A stretch of 64,000 nucleotides of DNA. Origin: Octopus bimaculoides (Eukaryota). The translations under genes were made by a program, and so were the position numbers. The stretch covers positions 79,383,501-79,447,500 of the forward strand of contig NC_068983.1 in assembly GCF_001194135.2 (NCBI RefSeq), written 5' to 3'. A model generated the notes under the pieces. That model searched no databases. It worked only from the letters and a program-made list of their open reading frames with translations, and was not told the origin of the DNA. Positions 1-13,330 of this stretch are shown one piece after another (within the stretch, counting starts at the first letter, position 1; each line of letters starts with the position of its first letter).

Positions 1-57
<57 letters not shown>
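1..57. repeat. (CT)n microsatellite running off the window start
   Basis: Pure ct dinucleotide run from base 1. Confidence 0.98.
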
Positions 58-60
<3 letters not shown>

Positions 61-506
61 CTTTTTCTTTCTCCAAGACAAAGTAAATGGATTGGAAATC
101 CATTTAAAGACCTGAAATAATGGCAAGATTTCTTATACAATGATAATTAATAGAATAGACATGGTATTAGCTAAAGTTTTTAAATAGCTTTATTTTTTGG
201 ATATTTCCTGCTGTGAGAATATGTAGTAGATGTGGTCTCAATAATTTTACCAATAACATATATTCTATTTTATCTCAAGGTTTTATTGTCTTTTTTGTCA
301 ACTTCATTATATTGATTAAAATTTATTGTTGATTAAGCTTGAATCAAATTTGGAATATATATTTAATCAAATGGAGCTCCTGCATAACTGTTCAACCTGA
401 TAGCAATAGCATAACCTTCCTTAGATTTCACTCAACTATCTTAAGAAGCAGGAAGGACATACTGGACAATGCTGTCCTGGATGGGATTGTCATAAATGGA
501 ATCGCT

Positions 507-925
507 TTAAACTTTTGACATTTTAATTGGTCATATCGGGTCCAAAATATTCTACCTGTTTTGTGTTAAAACCAGCTAGATCCAGCCTCATACTCTTGCA
601 CCTTGTAAAAAGCACCTGTGCTGGTACCATGTAAAAAGCACCCATACTGGTGCCACATAATAAACACCCAGTATGCCCTGTAAAGAGCATCCATTTGTAA
701 AACCCTTGCCAAAACAGATGATTGGAGCCTGGTGCAGCTCTTCAGCATGCCAGCTCCTGTTAAACCGTCCAACCCATGCCAGCCTAGAAAACAAATGTTA
801 AATGATGGTGATGATGATGATATCACTGAAATTTTGAAACTACAAGGTAGTGTGTGATTAATTCAAAACAGTTTGAATAAATACACATTACATTTGCTAG
901 AATAATCTGAATGCTAAAGGGCTAA
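507..925. mobile_element. Degenerate piggyBac-like (TTAA-target) MITE, interrupted at ~590-825 by an RTE-type 3' tail
   Basis: The left end ttaaacttttgacattt and right end aatgctaaagggctaa are decayed inverted termini of the TTAACCCTTTAGCATT type. The insert carries tandem gtaaaaagcacc units and ends in cccatgccagc...gatgatgatgat. Confidence 0.6.
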
Positions 926-3656
926 TCATAGATCTGCTCAATCTGTGTTGAACTGGAGCTAATATCAAATATACAGATGTAGTGAGTGTATATGAGAGTA
1001 AATAATGTGAGAATCATTTGGATTTTGAATCATGACTCTTCATCAACATTTTGGTATAACATTAACTATAATAATTAATATCATTTCAGTCTTCTTATCT
1101 GTTTAATAGACAACTTGTAAAACCTGCAGAAATTCCACAGGTTTAGTGTAGTGTACACTGAGAATTTTAGTTGTCTGTTGTTACTGAAATCATGGAGGTG
1201 ATGAAAAATGACAAGTTGTGTGTGTGGGCGTGAATGCGCATGTGTGTATGTATGTATGTATGTGAGAGAGGGAAAGAGAGAGGAAAGAAATGATAAATGT
1301 TAGTTGATTTGGTAATAGTGGAAGATAAGAGAAAAAAGAAACAAAATGAGATGCCATTTAATTTATATACACATATAATCTCTCTCTCTCTCACAGACAC
1401 TCATGTATATATTCATACACTAAGAACCGTAATAAGTTTATTGTGGTGGTGATGATGCTGGTTGGGTAGTCGTTAATGGAGGAAGCAGTGTTGGTTCTTG
1501 TAAGTAGTAAAGAACTGATGACAAACTATTCTTGCAAAGTGGAATTTTAAAAAATAATCCTGCATGATTTAATGTATGTACCTTAGTGCAAACAATTGTT
1601 GCCGCTGCCACTAAATGCATTGATCATAATCAATAACAAACAAACAAAAAAAACAAACAAACAGTTGTCACAAACAACAAATAATCATCACCAACAACAC
1701 CATTCCATTTACCATTATATTCTTTTATATTCCCCTTTTTTTTTCTCCAGATTTCTTTCTCTCCTTTGAATTACTTCCCTTAGAGTGATGCAAAAGTTAG
1801 TGGGGTAAGAATGTACTGTCATATCTATAGAAGTTCTGTGCTTTGTTAGATTGGTTTGCTACACAACACTTGTTTGTGTGTTCTTTATTATTTCATCCTT
1901 AAGACCTAACTTAAATCTTATCTTAAAGCTTCCTGAGTGTAACTCTTACCCTATATTTTATTAATTGCAATGCACAGATAAGGAGAACAGACCCACTGAA
2001 GAAAATGACATATACAGATATAATATTTAAAGGTTGCTATGTGAATGATTGAAGTAAATAAGATGCTTGACAACTGAATAAAAGATTTAGCTCAAATTCA
2101 GTTATTCCCTGAAGTTACTACCTGAATACAACAATAATTTTGGTGCCACTTTTATCCCCAAGAATTACTGTCATAAGCAATACTTCAAAACTCAAGCCAA
2201 GAAGCTTAAGTTTTAAGGTTTAAAACTATATATTGTTGATCAACTATCAGAGAAAAGAAACTAAATTTCCATTGGGATAATGCCGTATTAGATATGAAAT
2301 ATCTGAAAATAAACCAGAGTGATCATGTCTAGAAAACAATCAGGATTGACTTGGAGCTAAACAACAGCAGGAGCATGCATTAAAACCCATAGGTAGGGAA
2401 AATATCCATCCTTTTGACCTCATATTTGAGTAATTGAGTAAAACTCCTAATCTATCAATAAGAGCAAGGATAAATCAGTAAGGGAGACCACTATTGGAAT
2501 AACAGATAAATCACCCTCAAAATATACCTCACATTCATCATCATCAAATTTTAAAGTCCATCTCTCATATTAGCATGGGTTCGATGGTTTCACAAACTCT
2601 CACATTGTCTTCCAGTGTCTACTTTGGCTTGCTTTCTATGGCTGGATGCTCTTCCTAATGCAAACTGCCTTACATAACATATTGAGTGCTTTTTTTTTTG
2701 GCACTGCACTAGACAGGCTGCCATGTAGCTCACAAGTCTAAGATCCCTTTTAATGCTGGGAGGGTGGAGTAGGAAAGTTACATTGAATACTGTAATTCTA
2801 GCTACTGAAAGCTTGACAAATACAGATTAGTGTTTATGGCTGAAATGCTTTTGGCCAAAGGTCATTGAGGACTGGTTTAAGGCTAAGAAAAAAACATAAT
2901 AAAGAATTAATAACTTTATCTGAGATTTGTGATCTCAAAAGAGACACTTGAAAAGTGAGATAACATTGAAAAAGTTTAGTGTAATGTACAGTTCAAGGTA
3001 AATTTTTTTTTTTTTTTTTGTGAATGACACGAATCATTCTCTTGGTTCTCTTTTCTTTAATCTAACCTCTGAAGATCTTATGTATGAATTCAAGATAGGC
3101 AGTCTGAAGTGTGTGTATGTGTGTATGTGTGTATGTTAAGCATTGTACATTTTGTAAGAAAAGATTGTAAGTTTGTAGAGGAAGGTTGAGTTAGTATCTA
3201 AGGCTGTGGTTCTCAAACACTGTTCTGTGACATGCTTGTGTACCACAAGGTATTTGTAGGGTCATGAATTTTAAAAATACCATTTTAGGTTTTAGAACTA
3301 TTATTAATGTTTGGATATTGTGATGAACATATTATCCATATAACTTTGAGGTACACAAGATTATTAAACAAAATATGCAATGGTTTTCTATTTTATAAAT
3401 TTTAAACTTTTATTTCAAAAAATTCAGTTTTATTTTAACTATCTATGTGAAGTGTGCAAGTAATTTTAGCTTTCCATTCAAAGTGCACCATTGATTTTAT
3501 CATCAATATACTACCTACACACACACACGCACACACACACGCACACACACACACACACTACCAACATGTACATAGTGGCTGAGTTCCTTTCGAGCATTAG
3601 ATTTAGATGGGTTCTGAGTTGACTGAAATCATATATATATACACTANNNNNNNNNN

Positions 3657-3695
<39 letters not shown>

Positions 3696-3739
3696 GACCA
3701 TTATTTATATATATATATATATATAATCTTTAATTTGAT

Positions 3740-4101
3740 GGTGGCCATGCTGGATTACCACCTCTAGTTGAACAAATCGACCCCAAGACTTAATCTTTGT
3801 TAGCCTGGTACTTATTCTATTGGTCTAGTTTGCCAAATTGCTAAATTGTGAGGACGTAAACACACTGATATTGGTTGTCAAGCGATGGTGGAGAAACAAA
3901 CACAGGCACTCACACAAATATAAACGTATATATATATATATATACAACGGGCTTCTTTCAGTTTCTGTCTGCCAAATCCACTCACAAGGCTTTGGTTGGC
4001 CTGAGGCTATAGTGGAAGACACTTGCCCAAGGTGCCATGCAGTGGGACCGAACCCAGAACCATATGGTTGGTAAGCAAGCTACTTATCACACAGCCACTG
4101 C
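3740..4101 (-). mobile_element. tRNA-derived SINE (abundant octopus-type family)
   Basis: The minus strand has a tRNA-like head (tggctgtgtgataagtagcttgcttaccaaccatatggttctgggttcggtccc, B-box-like GGTTCGGTCCC), a conserved body with a central (TA)n and a ccagcatggccacc tail. It matches the copies at 6379, 16133, 36690, 59370 and 60190. Confidence 0.9.
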
Positions 4102-4192
4102 TATGTATATATATACTACCAATACATATAAATATATATATATAGTAGTACCTTAGTTTTCAAACAACTCTGATTGAGAATAAATTTTGCTT

Positions 4193-4226
<34 letters not shown>

Positions 4227-4344
4227 GCGGTAGATATGGATATATATAAAGCACGATTTATTCAAGATCAAAAGCATTCATAAACCAAGATACTACTGTA
4301 TTAAATGAATATGAGAAAGACAGGCGACTTAGTAGAATTTATTC

Positions 4345-4712
4345 GTATATATCATATAACATATATATTGTGCCAAAGATCCCACCAATGCCATCATGCT
4401 TCTGGACCAGTTACTGCAAAAGCCTGGGTTTCAAGTGCGCACAGCTTTTCAATATTCCAATATTCTCCCAAAGAGATTGAGGGACCTATACAAAGTGGAT
4501 GTAGGTGTTTTCAAATTGAAACTGGACTTCTCCCTGTCAGGAATCTCAGATAAACCTACCTCATGGCAAGAGGTACAAGTGAAGGTAGGGATATCAAACT
4601 CCCTTATTCACCAAATGCCACATATTAGAGGAGGCTCTCAATAATAACGGTGTAGCAAAACAGTGGTGCCCCAGCATGGCTGCAGCTCTGAGCTGAAACT
4701 ACAAAAAACAAA
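4345..4712 (+). mobile_element. 5'-truncated LINE 3' end (CR1/L2 group), copy A
   Basis: Frameshifted translation VPKIPPMPS...YCKSLGF...QLFNILPKRLRDL..VDVGVFKLKLD..SGISDKPTSWQEVQ...SNSLIHQMPHIRGGSQ* is homologous to 5440-5700. It is followed by a short 3' tail and an A-rich end. Confidence 0.85.
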
Positions 4713-4741
4713 ATAATATATATACTACCTATATCTACCTA

Positions 4742-4831
<90 letters not shown>

Positions 4832-4834
4832 AGC

Positions 4835-5765
4835 TATGCCTATGATACAAAAGTATTACTGACATCCTAAGACTGCAGAATGACCTGAATGCAATGTATA
4901 AATTGGCTGATGAGAATAATATGCAATCCAATGGTGAAAAATTTCAAACCCTTCACTTTCAGCCCACAAACAATCTATAGCTGTTGTACACGTCACCACC
5001 AGGCAACGTAATCCTAGAGTTAGTCGGTGCATGACCTGGGAATCCACATGAGCAACGATGCAACTTTCCATGTACATATTGCTTAGATGGCAACATTATG
5101 CAGGTGGGTAGCAGGTTGGATCCTTAGATCCTTCAGGACCAGGAACAGAGACACAATGCTTCTGCTTTGGAGAACTTTTGTCCTCACTCATCTGGACTAC
5201 TACTTTCAACTGTGGTCCCCACAGTGTGTAAAACTAATTGCAGAACTAGAAGCGATCCAACACCACTACACAGAGAAGATAGACTCAGTAAAACACATGG
5301 GCTACTGGGAGAGATTGAGGGAACTGGGACTCTACTCCCAGGAGAGGAGACGTGAGAGATATGCAGTGGTAGACATGTGGAAAATAATGGAGAGTCTGGC
5401 ACCAAATTTTGGAATCGAAATTTACAACAATCCTTGAACTGGACAGCACTGCACAGTACCAAAGGTCTCATCTCCATCGAGGATACAAACCCAATATTGT
5501 AATAGCTTGGGATTCAAGGGGCCACAACTTTTTAATGCCCTACCACAGAACGTTAAGGATCTACAAGTAGTAGACATGGAAGTCTTAAAAAAACGTCTAG
5601 ACAGTTCTTTACCTGCAATTCCGGATGAAACCACATTTCAGCAGGAGGTACAAAGAAGAGCAGCAACGTCCAACTCACCAGAAGCAATACTGAAAAAATC
5701 CCCAGATGCAGTAAATGCAATGCACTAGCATGACCTCAGCATCTGGCTGAAACCCACAAAAGATT
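4835..5765 (+). pseudogene. LINE reverse transcriptase C-terminal fragment (CR1/L2 group), copy B, with frameshifts and stops
   Basis: YAYDTKV (decayed YADD motif) at 4835, then LQNDLNAMY.WADENNMQ.NGEKFQTLH, LLWRTFVLTHLDYYFQLWSP, ELEAIQHHYT, YWERLRELGLYSQERRRERY and GFKGPQLFNALP. These are typical of a CR1/L2-type ORF2 C-terminus. Confidence 0.9.
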
Positions 5766-6378
5766 ATGTATTCAATATACTACCTAGACAAAATGACAGA
5801 GAACTGTTTTAGAAAGTGACTCATCATCTTAATCAATAGCTACAAGAGAACAAAACATTTATCTAGTAAACTTATTCAATATTAGCAGTCAAAAGGTTGT
5901 AATTAAAATAGCATTAAAGTTGTCCAAATCAGATATTAAAAATATAGCCTTCGTAGATAAAAGTATACAAGATATCGATAAACAAATTCTATGCTTTACT
6001 ATGAAGTTCTCAAACTTATGCCAGCATTATGATAATGATGATTTCCACTTGGATGCGTAAGCATTTAAGTCTGTTCTTTTTTGGGGTTTTTTTTTTTGTC
6101 AAATGATACATAGCCTAAAATTTGCAGGTTTTCTGCTAGTATGATCTTGATTTTGCTACATGCAACCGAATTGTTTGACTACTAAGAAAGAACAAATTGT
6201 TGGAAAAGATGTGGACCCCACAAGATGTAGTGTGGTGTACTCTTTAATCTTGCTGAAGATATCCTCTCAAATGTTGATGGTATGATAAAATACACTTAGT
6301 CTATGCGGTGAAGTGCATGTTGATTGAATGGCCTTCATGCTGTAAAACCTATACCCCACAAAGAAAAATAAATAAATA

Positions 6379-6770
6379 GGTGGAGAAGTAGCTGTGTGGT
6401 AAGAAGCTTGCTTCCCAACCACATGGTTCAGTCCCACTGTGTGGCACCTTGGGCAAGTGTCTTCTACTATAGCCTTGGGCCAACCAAAACCTTGTGAGTG
6501 GATTTGGTAGATGGAACCTGAAAGAAGCTTGTCATATATGTATGTATGTATTTCTGTGTCTGTGCTTGTCCCCCTACCATTGCTTGACAACCGATGTTAG
6601 TGTGTTTACATTCCTGTAACTTTGCTGTTCAGCAAAAGAGACCAATAGAATAAGTACTAGGCTTACAAAGAATAAATCCTGGGGTCGATTTGTTTGATTA
6701 AAGGCAGTGCTCCAGCATGGCCACAGTCAAATGACTGAAGCAAGTAAAAGAATAAAAATAAAAAATATGC
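6379..6770 (+). mobile_element. tRNA-derived SINE, same family as 3740-4101
   Basis: Head gtagctgtgtggtaagaagcttgcttcccaaccacatggttcagtccc, body ccttgggcaagtgtcttctactatagcc and tail gtgctccagcatggccacagtcaaatgactgaagc followed by an A-rich end. Confidence 0.9.
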
Positions 6771-8559
6771 AACAGCCAGAATGCTAGGTTTCCTTTGTTG
6801 CTGTGTTAACTCAGAGTTTTGAGATACTGTGAAACCCACCCACCTAATGCCAGCATGGAAAGATAAATGTAAGTGGTGATGATAATGCTGATGTTGAATG
6901 ATTTTCTCTGTATGATCAACTGAACAAACCTCAAAGTGTTGAATGAATTCATGTGTAAATTTATATTAGTTTACTATCATCAATCAGGAATAGTGTATTG
7001 TAATGTGATTCTTATAGTTTAGCATAGTTAACTTCTGGAACAAACTTTTTCTTCTGTTATCTTTTAAGTATGATGTTTTATCTTATGCAATCTAGAAATT
7101 GCATTGAACTGAATTAGACTCAGATGTAAATTACACAAACCTTGTCCACTATCACACATTCTATATGCTATATATGTGTGTGTGTGTGTGTGTGTGGTTC
7201 AGAGATTTTCTATCAGATCAGAGTTCTGGTTTTCTAATTGACCAAACCCTTTGCTGGAATTGCATTTTGACATATTTCCAGATATAAGAAAACAGCTGTT
7301 CAGCTTTTAACTAACTCATTATCAGTAAAATAACTGAATGTATTTGTTGTAATATGATACAATGTGTTACAAATAATATTAAAAGTCAAAAGAAAGAGTT
7401 ATAGGCTCATCACCTTTGAGCATGATTTAAATAATGATGATCTTGGCAATGACTGGTTGATTCAGAAATAGAATTTTAAGTGTAAAAGTAGATCATTAAC
7501 TTTAGTATATTCAATCAAAAGGCAGTGGCTATGTGATTTTTCCTTAATTAATTTCACCTTGTTGAATATCTTACTTGTCTTACATTTCTTGGAAATATTT
7601 TATTTCTCTCAGACTGCCAAAGAATTGCCTTCTTATTGCTGTTAACCTTCAATTTTTTATTTTATTTTATTAAAAGCTTTTTTTTTTTTTTATTTCCTTA
7701 CCATATGCTACTCTGCTACTCATCTGCATTTCTTGTATTAGAAAGAGAAGAAATACATTCAAAATTACCCTATTTTTTATCCAGTGTTTTACTTATGTAA
7801 CAAGTTACTGTTTCATTTTGCTATTTTATTTATGTATTTCTGAACAGCATTTAAAAAAAAAATGTGTGCTAGGTATCTTTTTTTCTTTTTTTATGTTGCT
7901 GAATGACTTAGAGAAATTTGAATAATGCTAATGATGGAACAATAGGATAAAGGAAAAGACAACAAAAAGTCTTAATGTACCTAATTCTCATGAATATTTT
8001 TAACAATAACAATGATGCAAAAAAATATTGAAGGAAAGAAATTTAGTGTGAAGAAAGACAGAAAAGCTTTCTGATGTCTATTTCGTTTTTCCCAGAGAGA
8101 AACCGTTATATTTATATTTCTTATAAGAATAATAAGAATGATATTTTACTGATGTTGGTGGGGTTTTTTTATGTGTAAAGTTTTAGGATAACTGAAAGCA
8201 AAAATATATCCACAATCCACAACAGAGCTGTACAAAGGTTGAAGCTCTGCAAACAGTTGGGCATGAATAGAAAAAACATTTCTATGAAGTGCAAGTGTGA
8301 AGAATAGCAAATACATATCTCTGTTAGATTAATATTTTCCAAAATATGCTTGGTCAACATAAATCAGTTGAAGGCAGTATGGTGATGCAGCTAAACTCAA
8401 ATACAGTACTGGATTAGTCGAGGCCTCATGACTAGGCAAAATCTAGGTGGAATGTTGCATTTCTTGTTCAGTATCTACAGCCTCTTTTGGCTATGAATTT
8501 TGATAATGATGGGGATATGAAATATTCAAGTATACTATCATCATCAATTTTATGCTACT

Positions 8560-9440
8560 TCCCCCCCCCCCACTTGCATGGGTTAAATATATTTTCTCTA
8601 GTACAGTGTCTCCCAACTTGATGCAGTCTTTTGTCACATCTTTCAAAAAATTGAATACATTGAGATCAGCTTTTACCAATTCTTCCCATATATTTCTTGG
8701 TCTTCAGGCTCCCTTCTCTACAGGTTCCCTCCTCTACAGGCTTCCTTCTCCAGATCCATTAAAATTTCTTTATCCAAGGGTTGTCCACATCACATTCCCA
8801 TACATGTACAATTTTCTCTTTTGTGCATTACATTACACTTCTTCATATCCAGTTTTACCCCCTCGCACACCTGTTCTATATTATTAAACACAACTATTAC
8901 ACATTGAGTGAAGCATGCTCATTGCATGTCTATCTTGCCATCTCACACTCCACATTCAGTATCTATATTTCACTATTTCACTGCTATGCAGTATCCTGCT
9001 TTATACAAAAAAAATCATACAGTCTGTCTTCCACTCTCATAAAGAATCCCTTTGGTGTAAACAAAGGTAGCTGATTCCTGAACATTTTCCTTCTCTATCC
9101 TCGCTCTGGTTACCATGCTTTCACAGTACCCACCTTCACTGCTAATTAAGTTAACTCAATAACAAAAGCTGTCATCTACTTCTTCAGAGTCTCTTGGGTA
9201 TTAAAAAAATTAATTTCATACATACTCTTGCTGTTAACTACTCCCATGCATCTTCAATATATGAAACTCTTTGCTGTCTGCCTGCTTCTGATTCCTCTGC
9301 ATTTCCATTGCATGTACCCATAAGTTTACATAGAGTGCATACTGTAGAATTTCTGCCTCTTCCTTTTCTATATATTGTTCATGGCCATTTCCCATATAAC
9401 ACTAGAGTTGTGTTTTTTCTATGACATTTGTCTTTGCTAG
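8560..9440 (-). pseudogene. RTE-clade LINE ORF 3' fragment, decayed
   Basis: The minus strand gives SSEGGYCESMVTRARI, FVYTKG..L, LHSSE (cf. LHGSETW), ASML.WMC-like and WEELVKADLNV..L.KD.TKD.IK..D.VLEK (cf. the RTE terminal WDEVVKxDL...W motif). Confidence 0.75.
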
Positions 9441-9529
9441 GTTTACATTTCTTTATTGACAGTTATAGTTGTATTATCATACCTTACTTTTATTTAGTCA
9501 ATGACTTGATGCTAGAGCGATAATAACAA

Positions 9530-9552
9530 TAATAATGATCATCATAATAATA

Positions 9553-9591
<39 letters not shown>

Positions 9592-9592
9592 G
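9530..9592. repeat. (TAA)n/(AAT)n microsatellite
   Basis: Direct inspection; it produces the poly-I and poly-Y ORFs in the track. Confidence 0.95.
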
Positions 9593-10699
9593 CCCTTTTG
9601 TTCACATACACGATCTGTAAAGAGGAAATCTGCAATCTGGGAAAACTGATAGGGTTGTGGTTTTGTGCCAGCAATAATGATAATAATCAGTCCAATGAAG
9701 TTTGTACATGCCATTCAAGTTTTAGTAACAGTGAGGTAAGTAAACTTATTGAGACCTACAAGCTTCTTTAGATTTAAGCGGTCAGTCGTTTGACTAGTGC
9801 TATTTAATGAAATAGAGACTTGAAATATAATAATACTTGGTTTGACTAAATTAAATATGATTCATAGATTTGGTGTTGTTTAGCCTCCATATCTGCTCTG
9901 ATTAAATGAACTCCTAGTCAAAGACTTTCTTGCCACAACCATTCTGTCTTCTTTACAAGATACATTATATCTGGGAGTACATTACCCGATGTGTCTATCT
10001 ATTTTTATTTTTAAACAGTAGGATACAATTTGGGAGAGACATTTGACTACTATTTCTAGCAGGCTCACTGACCATATGGAAGCTTGTTTGTTGGTTCAGC
10101 TAGATTTGTTTTATCCCTTATTTTATATTATGGTGCTCACTACTTGTAGTGACTGATTTTCATTTATATAAATATTGATTTTTAACTTAAGCTTAAGTTG
10201 ATAATACTGAGCCCAGTATTTACCTGGAACATATTTTATTAACCGTAGATGGAAGAAAAGCAAAGTCAGTCTTAGCAAGGTTTCAACTCAGAATCTCAAG
10301 TGACTTAAGTAAACATGGTAAAGCATTCTCTTTGAACACTCTACTATTATTGCATTGATATAAATATTATTAAAACATCTCCGTAAAACACAGAATAGTC
10401 ACTACTTTGTGAGAAATAGTGATTATTTCATTGCAAGAATGAAACATGGCATGACAGATACTAAGTATAATTATAATGGTGGTGATTATTGGCTCTAGGC
10501 TTTGGCACAATTGGTATTCTAGCAGTCTGAGTTGAAATCCTGCTGAAGTCAACTTTGCCTTTCATTCTTTAGTGGTCAATAAATAAGGCACCATTCAAGG
10601 ACTGAAATAAATTCTTTCTTTCATTCCTCTTCTCTTCCCTTTCCGATTTCAGTACATTGCATGCTAAGAGACTCATAGAAGACATCTCACAGTGTAGCC

Positions 10700-11330
10700 A
10701 TGAAAACAGACAGAACAACCAAATGACAATTGAAAACCATTACAAAGCTTACAAAAATATAACAAACAAAAAACATGCCTACACTCTAAGGTTGGCAATT
10801 AGAATAGGATGAGTGACACCATAGAGGCTCATTTGAGTCATTGTGGGCTTGTAGCTGTGATTGGTGAATGCAATTTTGATAATCACTACAAAATTACAGT
10901 GTTTGATTGCATGTGGATAACACTTGTATAAAGGAGATGTGAAAGGTATTGTCATCGACATAGGAGTGTTTATTGTTAGTTATGAAAATGATAATGTAAT
11001 TAACATATTACAAGAAGATTGCTGTATTGCAATAATAGGTAAATAGCTTTCAATTTGTAATGGTGGGTAATTTCCCAGGTTTTGTAAATGGTGTTCTTTA
11101 ACAGTACAGCGGTAACATTTTAGCTAACTTTAAGTATTTGAGGGTATAAGGTTGAATAGTTGATGCGCAGTAAGAATATATTAGGTGGGTTGTTTTGATT
11201 AAGCTCTGGTTAAATGTTCCAGTGGAGATTAAGAATATTATAGTAAGGCTAAGGTTATGTTTGGAGGTATCAAAAGATTGGAAAGATTTGAAAATTTTTC
11301 AGCTGTAAAAAGAAAAAAAGCAGCTAGTTA
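10700..11330 (-). pseudogene. Highly decayed LINE RT fragment (CR1/Jockey-like)
   Basis: The minus strand reads KHSYVDDNTFHIS, with YVDD at 10962-10951. Upstream LISTGTFNQ resembles a decayed LDISKAFD. There are multiple stops. Confidence 0.55.
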
Positions 11331-11774
11331 GGCTTCCTCCTTTAACTTCATAAGACAATGGAGAATATTGTTGTTACTCTATAATGCCATAAATTTAATT
11401 AGGATGCACACATTTTGAAATGGTCATAAAACTCATAAATTAAGATCATATGATGTGATAAATCTCTACTCTGTTGTGTTATAGTTTAATTGAATTTCCT
11501 TCGTTTTCTTTAAAAGGTTACATCTCACTTTCCTTTTAGTATATCTTAATCATAAATTTAATTTCTAAAAAGGTTTTTGTCAGCATGAATAAAAATTAGG
11601 GGAACTTTTCAATGAGCTTTTTGTATGCTATCACTGGCTACAGCTTTAGTTAGCTGGTTAGATAACCAATCTTATTTAAGGTATTTAAATTTCCTCACTT
11701 TGCTATGTACTTTCACACTGGAATAATGATATCAGTTAATAATAATTTAATGGTTGAATTTTAGAAAAAGTTAG

Positions 11775-12049
11775 GTGACAGGATCGAAATGTTGTTAACT
11801 ATAAAACTTCCTTTTAGATATTTTTAGCTTCCCATTGAGTTATAACCATGTTGTAATTTAAATCTATCCTCACTGCTTATTGTCTATTAATCCTGCATAT
11901 CCAGAAGGACATGGTAAGTGACAGCATTGTAATGTTGGGAGTGGTAAAAACTTCATTTTGAGATATTTTTAGATCTTCATTGAGTTATAACCGTCTTGTG
12001 ATTTAAAGATAACCTCATTATTTATTGTCTATTATTCTTGTGCACCCAG
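11775..12049. repeat. Ancient two-copy tandem duplication, period ~143 bp
   Basis: Both units read gtgacag..aatgttg..aaaacttc.ttt.agatatttttag..cattgagttataacc..ttgt.atttaaa...ttattgtctatta..c.tg...c.cag. Confidence 0.85.
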
Positions 12050-13109
12050 TTTACCCTCATAATCTAAAGATGAATTACATTTAGTGTTGAGATGTTTTGG
12101 TTTTAAACAAATTTAAAACTGTATTTAGTGCTAAAATTTATTTCTTCTAGAAGCTGTCAGGAGTCTTTAGAATTGCTACAAAATGGAAGATAGTAGGATT
12201 ATACATTTCATTTTCAGGATGACTGCACAATATCCATTTAAATTTATTTAAGCATCCATTCTTGTATACTGCTAGGTTTGTAATACAACATCTCAGCATG
12301 TATTACAGTTTTTGTTTCATCTTGTTCTCAAACCAGTGCATTAAAGTTTACTTACCACTCTTCCTCTGAAATTTCTCAGCTATTAATGCATAGCACCTTT
12401 TCTCTCAATATGTATCTACTTGTACACATCATCTAGCACTCAACAATATATTTATTTCATCTCATATGTGTTCAGCCTTTCTAATAAGTAAATGTTACAC
12501 ATTCAGTAGAGTATATATACCTAACTTATCTAGTCTTTGTTGGTCATTTACAGTCCATTGTCGAGGTTTTTACTACTATAAAATTACACATTTCATCCCT
12601 GTCCTTCTACGATATGAATATAGTACAAGTAGAGAAATTCATTATTTCTGATAACAATAAAAGATTTTGAAATGTTATCTGATTAATTTATACCCTAGCT
12701 ATTATTATTCCCCTAATTCTTTTCCTAATCCTATGTACATCACTCAGGTAGCACACTTCTTAATAAGTTGTGTACTATGGAGTAATTTATTTCATATTTC
12801 ATAAAACTTATTCAAGAACTCTTATTGCATTTCAAATATTTACATCTTTTCAATGGTTCTCAGATCTTAGATTATCTATTTACTATCAAAAAATACTACA
12901 GATTGTTTCTTCAAATATTTTCCAGCTACAATGAAATCACAACAATCTGAAACAATGTGATCAATATTTTATATGAATCTAATTTATAATGAATTGCAAA
13001 TAGCGCTAGTGCCGTGATAAAATGTATCCATACAATAAAGTGCTTTCAAATAAACAGAGAGTGTAGAATAGGATAAACTTTTTGTTCTCTTTTGAGGACA
13101 TAACATCTC

Positions 13110-13330
13110 TAGTGCTGGCACCAAAATAAAATGTACCCAATACACTACTCTGCGAAAAGGTTGGTGTTAGGAAGGGTAACCAGCCATAAAAATTATGCCA
13201 GAATGGAACATATGAGTAAGATGTGGTCTGCCAACCAATAAGTCTAAATAAGAACTGATTCAGATAGTGATGCTCTGTCCAACACATGTCAGCATGGAAA
13301 ATGAAAGTAATGGTGATGATGATGATGTTA
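13110..13330 (+). mobile_element. RTE-type LINE 3' tail / short element ending in (GAT)n
   Basis: gttggtgttaggaagggtaaccagccataaaa...ctgtccaacacatgtcagcatggaaaa...gatgatgat. The same family occurs at 590-825, 2530-2760(-), 36140-36500(-), 45095-45320(-) and 53030-53270(-). Confidence 0.7.

Noticed and set aside
3205-3290. ctgtggttctcaaac resembling a hAT/Charlie TIR (CAGTGGTTCTCAAAC)
   Set aside because: No matching right TIR or 8-bp TSD was found.
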